This document shows, piece by piece, positions 53,721 to 64,000 of a stretch of DNA of 64,000 bases. Position numbers and translations under genes: made by a program. Source of the stretch: Octopus vulgaris (Eukaryota). The stretch is from the NCBI GenBank assembly GCA_951406725.2, contig OX597823.1, positions 29,636,001 through 29,700,000 of the forward strand, in the 5' to 3' direction. The notes beneath the pieces are model-generated. The model was not told where the DNA came from, did not search any database, and was given only the letters and a program-made list of their open reading frames with translations. Position 1 is the stretch's first letter. Each line of letters starts with the position of its first letter.

Positions 53721-54174
53721 TTACGAAAACAGGCATATTGATAATTAGTTGATTTTGTGAGTCCATTGAACTCAATGGTGACTCCATGATGTTTTCTTTT
53801 TCTTTTTAACAGAACGCAATTTACGGTAAAACTCCGAACACAGAAAAATTTGGGCTTATGCCCCACAGAATTGGCTCAAAGCCGCACAGTTCAACAATAA
53901 TTCCATCACAGGGGAGAATTGAAAACAAGGTGCTTCAATGAAGCAATAAACAGTTTTTCAACAAAAAACAACCGCAAAAACAACCGCAACAGTCCAACAA
54001 TTAACACAAGAAACACTGGCAGAACGTTCAAACGACAAGAGACTTGCACTAGGAATAAGTCCAAGGTAAAATTACTACCTGCTTTTATAGCAAGTTGATG
54101 CAGGAAGCTTAACACGTTCCCCTTCGTCTTTTACTTTATGCACTTGAAAAAACCGCATTATTTATGGGATGACT

Positions 54175-54220
<46 letters not shown>

Positions 54221-54237
54221 GCACACAGATATATGTA

Positions 54238-54291
<54 letters not shown>

Positions 54292-54299
<8 letters not shown>

Positions 54300-54730
54300 C
54301 AAGAAAAAAAAATGCGAACTTAGATGCGAACTTAACCGTGGTATGACCAGCATCTTTCCTTATGCCTCTTGGAACTTATACCCACATTTTTATGAGTAGA
54401 TTTATCTTCTCTGGGATGTCAATAATCATTTTAAAAACTTTGTATTGTTGGAAAACATATATAGTCTGCTTGGAATCTTACTTCAGATTCATGGAACTCA
54501 CTCCTATAACTTCATAAGGATATTTACACTCTCTAAGAATATATGGAAAACCTATATGTGATTTAGCTGATGAATACTTGATATTATATTTGCAGCTTGA
54601 AATTAAATGCTTTTAGTATGAAACAATTGTACTAATCTACCGATCCATTCTTGTTGCTTTTTTTCTTGGTTATAATCACCCCACATAATTTTATGGTTAA
54701 TACCATAAAGAATCTTGGTGCATCTAAGTT
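54292..54730 (+). mobile_element. pLTR-like HHR element
   Basis: Abuts (TA)n, has short inverted end segments (aacttagatgc/gcatctaagtt) and contains an HHR. Confidence 0.65.
54560..54637 (+). ncRNA. Type I hammerhead ribozyme with long stem II
   Basis: UUAG-CUGAUGA-AUACU [36 nt] AGUAU-GAAA-CAAUUG-UA-CUAA, with palindromic stem III. Confidence 0.8.
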
Positions 54731-54900
54731 AAGTACCATATTCATTTGAATTCATTTGAATCTTAATTGTTTTTGCTGAAATTATATATATATACGTATA
54801 TATATATGTGTGTATGTATGTATGTATGTATGTATGTATGTATGTATGTATGTATGTATGTATGTATGTATGTATGTATATATATGTACGTATATCTATG

Positions 54901-54948
<48 letters not shown>

Positions 54949-55595
54949 GGTAAGTATATATATGAATGTATATATATATATAAATGTATATATATATGTA
55001 TGTATGCATGTATGTATGTATGTATGTATGTGTATATACTGTTACTTCTTTTAGTCATTTCTCTACGACAACGATGGAGCACTCCTTTGGACGGTTTCGT
55101 CAGTCTCATAAACCCTCTTGCTTTCTTATCAATATATTTCGCTTCCTGTATAAAGTGTCAAAGCCTGCGTGAATAAGTGCGTGTGCGCGTGCATCTTTAG
55201 GTGCATAGTAGATCGGCAGCGGTTCTGCAATTCTGTGTGTTATAGCATATACGTTACTGCACACATACACACACACACACACACACACATACGCACACAT
55301 ATTCCACTCTGTGTACATGTGTGCATGTGTGTGCATTTGTACTCGAAGATTCAGATCAGGAGGAAATGTAATTTCTTCGCAGTTCTTAGAATAGGAAGGG
55401 TGGAGTGATTAACAAAATGACCCAGTCAATTTTTACTGCGGGTATAATATACATTTATTACATAAGAAACTATGTATTTTTCGTGTCTATATCTATGCAC
55501 CCATATATGTATGCATGTATGCATGTATATATACATGCTTACATGTATCATGTATATACTTGCTTATATACATACATATACATATACATACATAT

Positions 55596-55792
55596 ATAAC
55601 GGGAAGCTTTATGAAAATAAACAAAAGACGAAGGCAGGTGGAATACAAACAAACAATTGTATTAGTATGGCGCTCAGGAATATAAATAAAACAAGTCTTT
55701 TATGTTTCGAGCCTACGCTCTTCAACAGAAAGATACACAGAAAAGAAACACGGAGAGAAACACGGAGAGAAACAAGGAGAGAAAAAAAAATG
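55596..55792 (-). mobile_element. pLTR-like fragment with CUGUUGA hammerhead (55697-55732)
   Basis: Reverse copy of 27020-27200; stem III is mutated from CG to CA. Confidence 0.8.
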
Positions 55793-55981
55793 CGAATCAA
55801 CATGGCGATACATATATATATATACACATATAAGAAGGGACGACCACTAAGTGGACATCCTTATGCTGGAAGTCGACCCCATATGGTCTTACTTCTAAGA
55901 AAGGAATGTTCTCAAAAACATTTAGCAAACGCCATAACGTAAGCGAGCAAGACAAATGAAAAGATACAAAATATACAGATT

Positions 55982-56037
55982 AATCACAAACCGGTTTCGT
56001 TGTTACCACTTACGTTACGCAACTCGTCAGTGTGATC
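55982..56037 (-). ncRNA. Type I hammerhead ribozyme
   Basis: GAUCACA-CUGACGA-GUUG [17 nt] CAAC-GAAA-CCGG-UU-UGUGAUU, within a pLTR-like segment at about 55831-56050. Confidence 0.85.
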
Positions 56038-56088
56038 GTCATAGCAAAATGTGTGTATGCATACACACACACACACACACACACACAT

Positions 56089-56179
<91 letters not shown>

Positions 56180-56209
56180 ATGGAATAATTACTATGAAGC
56201 ATTATGTAG

Positions 56210-57230
<1,021 letters not shown>

Positions 57231-57301
57231 ATATATATATATATATATATTTATAAATGTAACTACAAGTGGATCGTCAGCGAATTTTTTCCCCGTCTTC
57301 T

Positions 57302-57336
57302 GTTTCTGAGGAAGAGCTTTGTTGGAAACGTAAAAC
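57302..57336 (+). ncRNA. Minimal hammerhead (family H), stem II decayed
   Basis: GUUU-CUGAGGA-A-GAGC uuu GUUG-GAAA-CG-UA-AAAC. Downstream sequence (ccacgtcc.cgcgttgttg) matches family H. Confidence 0.6.
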
Positions 57337-57539
57337 TACCTTTCTTTTCTTCCCTGAGCGTCTGCTAATACTTTACATGTACCACGTCCACGCGTTGTTG
57401 TTTTTTCTTTATGTATGGAAATTCCTCTCTGAATTTCAGTAATAAAACACGCTTAACTAATATTTAGGAATTCCCAAAGAAAAGAGCAGATAATTTCAAT
57501 AATTTCAGAAGATATTTCCTGATTTAATTTGTCTGCTTA

Positions 57540-57755
57540 AAGCGGCGAGATGGCAGAAATGTTAGCAAGCCGGGCGAAATGCTTAGCGGTATTTCGTCTG
57601 CCGCTACGTTCTGAGTGCAAATTCCGCCGAGGTCTACTTCGCCTTTCATCCTTTCGGGGTCGATAAATTAAATACCAGTTGCGTAGTGGGGTCGATCTAA
57701 TCGACTGGCTCCCTCCCCCCAAATTTTTGGGTCTTGTGCCTGGAGTAGAAAAGGA
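57540..57755 (+). mobile_element. SINE family B
   Basis: Matches the 14203 copy. Confidence 0.85.
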
Positions 57756-57795
57756 TTTAATTTACCTACTTGAAGAAGGAGCACTTTAAAATTTA

Positions 57796-58194
57796 CTAGC
57801 AGTATCGCCCGGTGTTGCTCGGATTTGTAAGGGAAATAACTATATAAGCATTTTTAGAGAGTTATAGCCAAGAAATAACAAAAAAAAATGCATTAAAAAT
57901 GGAAAAAAAATGATGGTAATTTTTTTTTTAATCGTTGACTCATCGTAGACATTTTTAGAGAGTTACTTCCCTTATATAATAGCGAAAAAATGCATTAAAA
58001 TGGAAAAAAATGATGGTAAATTACTTTTAAAATCGTAGACTCATCGTAGACGCGCGCTAATACCCAGAAGGGCTCGATATGAATCACGACTATAAGATAC
58101 CCGCTTTTGGTTACACTGCACCGCAAAATGTGGGAGTAGTTAGGAATCTAAATCGTAGGAGACAGATACACATCTTGACTTTTATATATAAAGA
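57796..58194 (-). mobile_element. Non-autonomous Helitron
   Basis: Same CTAG/hairpin end and first about 130 bp as 3991-4376, with a different interior. Confidence 0.7.
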
Positions 58195-58301
58195 AAATAT
58201 ACTGTGCAGGTAAAGGACGACCATGGAAATAATGTTTCGCTTTATCTCTGTCCGTCATTGCAGAAATGTCCAAGCAAGATGGTCATCACTGGTCATCTTG
58301 T

Positions 58302-59085
<784 letters not shown>

Positions 59086-59228
59086 CACCGCACCATTTTT
59101 TTTTTTTTTGAAGAGATCACCATCCTTAAACCGATTCCAATACAATGGTAAATGACTAACTAACTAAATAAAAGGTGAATAAGAAGGGCGATCCCCTTCT
59201 CTCTCTACCTATCTTTGAATCTGTCTGA

Positions 59229-59301
<73 letters not shown>

Positions 59302-59551
59302 AGCCTATCTACCTATATTTCTATCTATCCATCTACATTCTCATGGAACCTCATCCCAAAAAACAAAAACAATGTTCTCTTCTTCCAAACAGCTCCTGTA
59401 AAAGAAAAAAAAACAAAAAAAATCAGCCCTATATAAATGAACAAGCTGTTTGTACATTCATAAAATTTTATTTGACAAGTTCTAGAGATGAATGAAAGCG
59501 CTAATAATAATAATGAAGAAATATAAAGATTTTTTTCCAAAATCCAGACGA

Positions 59552-59691
<140 letters not shown>

Positions 59692-60153
59692 AGCACATAC
59701 ATACACACATACAGCGAGAGAGAGAAAGAGTGATAGAGAGAGAGAGAGAGAGAGAGTATGAGAGAAAGCGATAGTAATAGAAGGATATCCAAAATAATCC
59801 GTGGTAGAGTTCAAAACTATTGCTCCGATGTCAATTCCAGAGGGAGTCTTCGTAAACTAACTTCCCCTGGAATCGACAATAGAAAAGATATCGTATCGCA
59901 CCATTGCGGCAGGAATTCATTCTGTTCCAGTTTCGATCAACTCTGGATATTTCTAGAGTTTGGTCCTTGTTCTCCACCCTCTTCCATCTCTACATCAAAG
60001 CCGACACATCCACCAACGACCACGCGAATGGTCTCACTAAGCACCAAGTCTAGTCTTTCATTTCCAGAACTGCTTCAATAAAATAAACACCCCATACTAA
60101 ATGCCACACACAAGAATTGAACCTTGGTACTCATGATTGCAATGTGAATTTCC

Positions 60154-60586
60154 GGATCTTTTCGGTTTGAACAGCAGTTTTTTCTAGCGGTGTCATATGA
60201 AATTGTCACCCATAATTATGACCCTAGTATCGATCTATTGCATTTCAATCTGTTTTAGGGTTAGGGTTAGTTAGGGTTAGGGTTAGGGGTGGGGGAAAGG
60301 GTATCTTTTTTTCTTCAGAAATGTAAATAAACCCAATCTGTTTCTTAAACGAGGGACATATTCATACGGCACAGAATGTTTTCACCTCAATAGCCGTCAT
60401 TGATTGGTTGAAATTGCAGAAATTGAAGGAAAAAAACAACAGAGTTCTTACAAACTATAGAATTTTCTCAATAAATCCAAGAGAAAAAGATGTTTTATAA
60501 ACACATTCTACCAGCATACGAAATTTAAAAGTGTTTAGCTACGTAGAAATTATTTTAAAAAACTGCCGTTCAAACCGAAAAGATCC
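60154..60586. mobile_element. MITE with 8-bp TSD (Merlin-like) carrying TTAGGG repeats
   Basis: TIR ggatcttttcggtttgaac.gcagtttttt / aaaaaactgccgttcaaaccgaaaagatcc. TSD GAATTTCC at 60146-60153 and 60587-60594. It splits a minus-strand SINE head. Confidence 0.85.
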
Positions 60587-61161
60587 GAATTTCCTTCCAC
60601 TCGGGAATGCCTGCATTCAGCGTTATATATGTGTAGACAATGCACATTTGTATTCGCATATTTGAATACACACACGCATTACTACAAACGCGCCACTCGC
60701 TCAGAGTTTAGATCAGGTGTGGATAATTATGTGTGTGTGTGTATGTGCGTGTGTGTGTGCATGTGTGTGTGTGTATTTGCATAGATATATATGATTGTAC
60801 ATGTATGCTCGTATGGATGCATATGTGTATGTGTGCATGCGTGCATGCGTGCGCATGTGTCTATATATTTTCATGAATATATGATTATGCATATGCATAT
60901 ATGTGTTTTTGCGTGCATGCGTACATGTGTGTGTTTGTGTGTGCGTGCGTGTGTGTGTGTGTGTGTTGTAACTCTTTTACAATAAATTATAAGAAATGAA
61001 ATCGCCCATGAGAATACTTAAGTAATTTATTTTCACAGTTCCAGGTGTCTAATATCCTGTAATTAACTGAAACAGCTTACTACCGAGCGGCGCGACGGAG
61101 AGAGGAATGGCGGGTGAGTGCTTTGGATGGGTGTATAGGGTTTCCAAAAGAGATGTTGCTA

Positions 61162-61213
<52 letters not shown>

Positions 61214-61539
61214 TGGGGGAGAGAGGTAGTCCCTGTTGGCATTTAAGAGAATAAGTAGTGGTTGGTTAGAGAAAGCATTTCCATGAGTCATGCCAAAAAA
61301 ACGATTCTAAGAGTTAGTTAGCACCAATATTAAACGTCGTTTATTTCGTAAAAAGAAAAAAAAATAGATAAAGGATTTGCTCAGAAGTGATTATATGGAT
61401 TCTTGTAATACGCTGAGTGTCAGGTTTAGAAATATTTTTTTAAAAAATAAAATGTCACTCTTTAAGAACGGTAGGAAAATAGAATCGATAGCGGTTTTTT
61501 TTTCTTTGTTCTTTAATTAGAAACAGGTGTTATTAGTGT

Positions 61540-61611
<72 letters not shown>

Positions 61612-61977
61612 CCAGTTAGAATTTTCTTCAGGTCGAGTAGCCCATCCCGCTCAAAAGGTCCCTGAATAAGGATTGTTTAAGGATGATGAACGAAACACTC
61701 ATGTTTCCAGAGGTGAATTATCCAAACCCAAAGAATTCCTCTCAACACATGGCTATGATGCTCCCCCACTACTTCTGCTCGTGATCAGAGATGCACATAT
61801 TGTCAGCCACTAAGAGTCATGGTTAACTGGTTAAGGTCAAACAACTGACATGCAAATCTGTGGTATTGAGCAGAATATTTGCTGTGGCCCATCTTTTATA
61901 TCAAGACAAAACAATGTACATGATAACACTTCCAATCAGTTAAAATCAGAAGTCATGAAAGTCAATACCTTTTACAT

Positions 61978-62227
<250 letters not shown>

Positions 62228-62230
<3 letters not shown>

Positions 62231-62480
62231 ACATGTTAATTCTGCAGAGATGTTGTCCTATGGCGTTTGGTGAAAACAATCTTTCTCGGGATTTTTGCAG
62301 AAAACAGGGGTTTTGCTTTCCTCTAAATTTACAGAACGTGTCTCAATCCCATTATTCTCCAGCCTCTTGGATAACCGTTTCGGTGCCCGTATCAAGTGCA
62401 CAAACCACTATCACAGGAACAGTTAAGTGTTCTACAATTTCTTCATCTGCCTAACATGGTTTTGGTATTTCTCATTTTCC
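62228..62480 (-). pseudogene. 3' end of an R4/Dong-like RLE retrotransposon
   Basis: Minus-strand EKYQNHVRQMKKL...VPVIVVCALD resembles KYQDL...VPVVIGALG and runs into (TAA)n. Confidence 0.5.
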
Positions 62481-62589
62481 TTTATAAACACTCAGCTATC
62501 GTACCGGATTACAAAATCAATCGTAACCAGCAGTATTGGCTGGTTTCCTCTCCTTGATTACATTTAATGTATTTACTTCAATAGCAAAG

Positions 62590-62708
62590 CATGAAAGGAT
62601 GAAAGGCAAAGTCGACCTCGCTGGAATTTGAACTCAGAACGTAAAGACGAACGAAATACCGTTAAGTATTTCGTCCGGTGCACTAACGATTCTGCCAACT
62701 CACTGCCT
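62590..62708 (-). mobile_element. SINE family B head
   Basis: aaaggatgaaaggcaaagtcgacctcg...ggaatttgaactcagaacgta. Confidence 0.8.
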
Positions 62709-62710
62709 AA

Positions 62711-63008
<298 letters not shown>

Positions 63009-63509
63009 GAACTCTAGCACTTTTGGGGAACGTCTGCCCCATTACCTCGGTGCACATTAAGATTTCTGTTTTTTCAACATTTATGTAATTTTTGAAATAT
63101 TCCTTTATTTACACGTCTTTAAAAATGTATTCTTCTTCATCTTGGGAAGCGACGACTTTTTGTGATCCAGAAACGACGTGGCATATATTATTCCTTCGAC
63201 ATGTTTTAAACTGAAAGAAATATTGTAAAAAAGAAAGAGAAAAAAATTGTGAATAGAAAATTCCAAACAGAAAAAAATATATTGACAAAGAAAATAACAA
63301 TGGCATTTAAATAAACAGATGGAACTACAAATATAAATGCAAGTATTGTCCCTCTCGAAAAGATACAGGAAACAAAACTGAACAAATTTGTAATGTAAAC
63401 ACAGATGCTGGTAGCCAAGCCAATAACAGAAACAGTCTAATGTCAACAAATTTTGACAAAAAAGAAAAAATAATAATAATAATGCCATGTCTCAAAAATT
63501 TTTTCTGAT

Positions 63510-64000
63510 TATCTGAAGAAGAACGGACAATGATTAACGTGGTGTAAGCTCTTGAAAAGTAGAGTAGCTTTTAATGTGCCTTCAAAGAGATGATTGAAAG
63601 AAGTCCATGCCGATGTATGGGAAGATGTGGATTTTATCGGCTGAAGTAGGGAATATGGAAGTGTGTGCTTGGTCTTTGAGACCGAGACTGAGACGAGACA
63701 AGACATTAAGCCATGTCTTCACATATCTGCCCGCAGGCAAGTGCCACAATATGGCACATTTGTAAAATAAAGTTCACAATCATGAGAAGTGTCTTGGATT
63801 TAGGATCGTCACAAACTTGGCGGCACTGTGCGAGTAGGTTGACGGCACCAAGATGATCATAAAGGAAATGCTTGGTTAGATGGGAGCTTAACGTTACCCG
63901 AAAAGCAAAGATACTTCCAGGAGCCCAAAGAGATACGATTGGTAGTGCAGTGTAGAAATCTCAGATATTATAAGCGTGAAGGTATTAGTCACGTGAAGGC
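63510..64000 (-). pseudogene. Possible decayed L1/Tx1-like ORF2 remnant
   Basis: Fragments NRISLGSWKYLC and HLGAVNLLAQC resemble the post-RT W..LC.PK..GGLG..NL motif. Weak. Confidence 0.3.

Noticed and set aside
61615-61960. Probable dispersed repeat next to (TAC)n
   Set aside because: Single copy in the window with no diagnostic termini or motif; class cannot be supported.

Overview
AT-rich, microsatellite-saturated eukaryotic DNA. From the SINE families and repeat landscape I infer a cephalopod, most likely Octopus; this is not verified. I can support no host protein-coding exon, and nearly all listed ORFs are artefacts of simple repeats. The window is a transposable-element mosaic: many tRNA-derived SINEs, LINE remnants (CR1-like, RTE, Tx1/L1-like, RLE-type), mariner, hAT, Merlin-like and Tigger-like DNA elements, and two non-autonomous Helitrons. 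The main signal is RNA-structural. More than 20 hammerhead ribozyme (HHR) motifs, intact to decayed, lie in at least 8 unrelated non-coding repeat families of the Penelope pseudo-LTR / retrozyme type. These sit in (TA)n tracts as tandem, greater-than-unit or back-to-back inverted copies. One family (best copies 25113-25174 and 3149-3207, minus strand) has the three HHR strands in a non-circularly permuted order, supported by base-pair covariation between copies. All structures were read by eye; nothing was folded or searched computationally.
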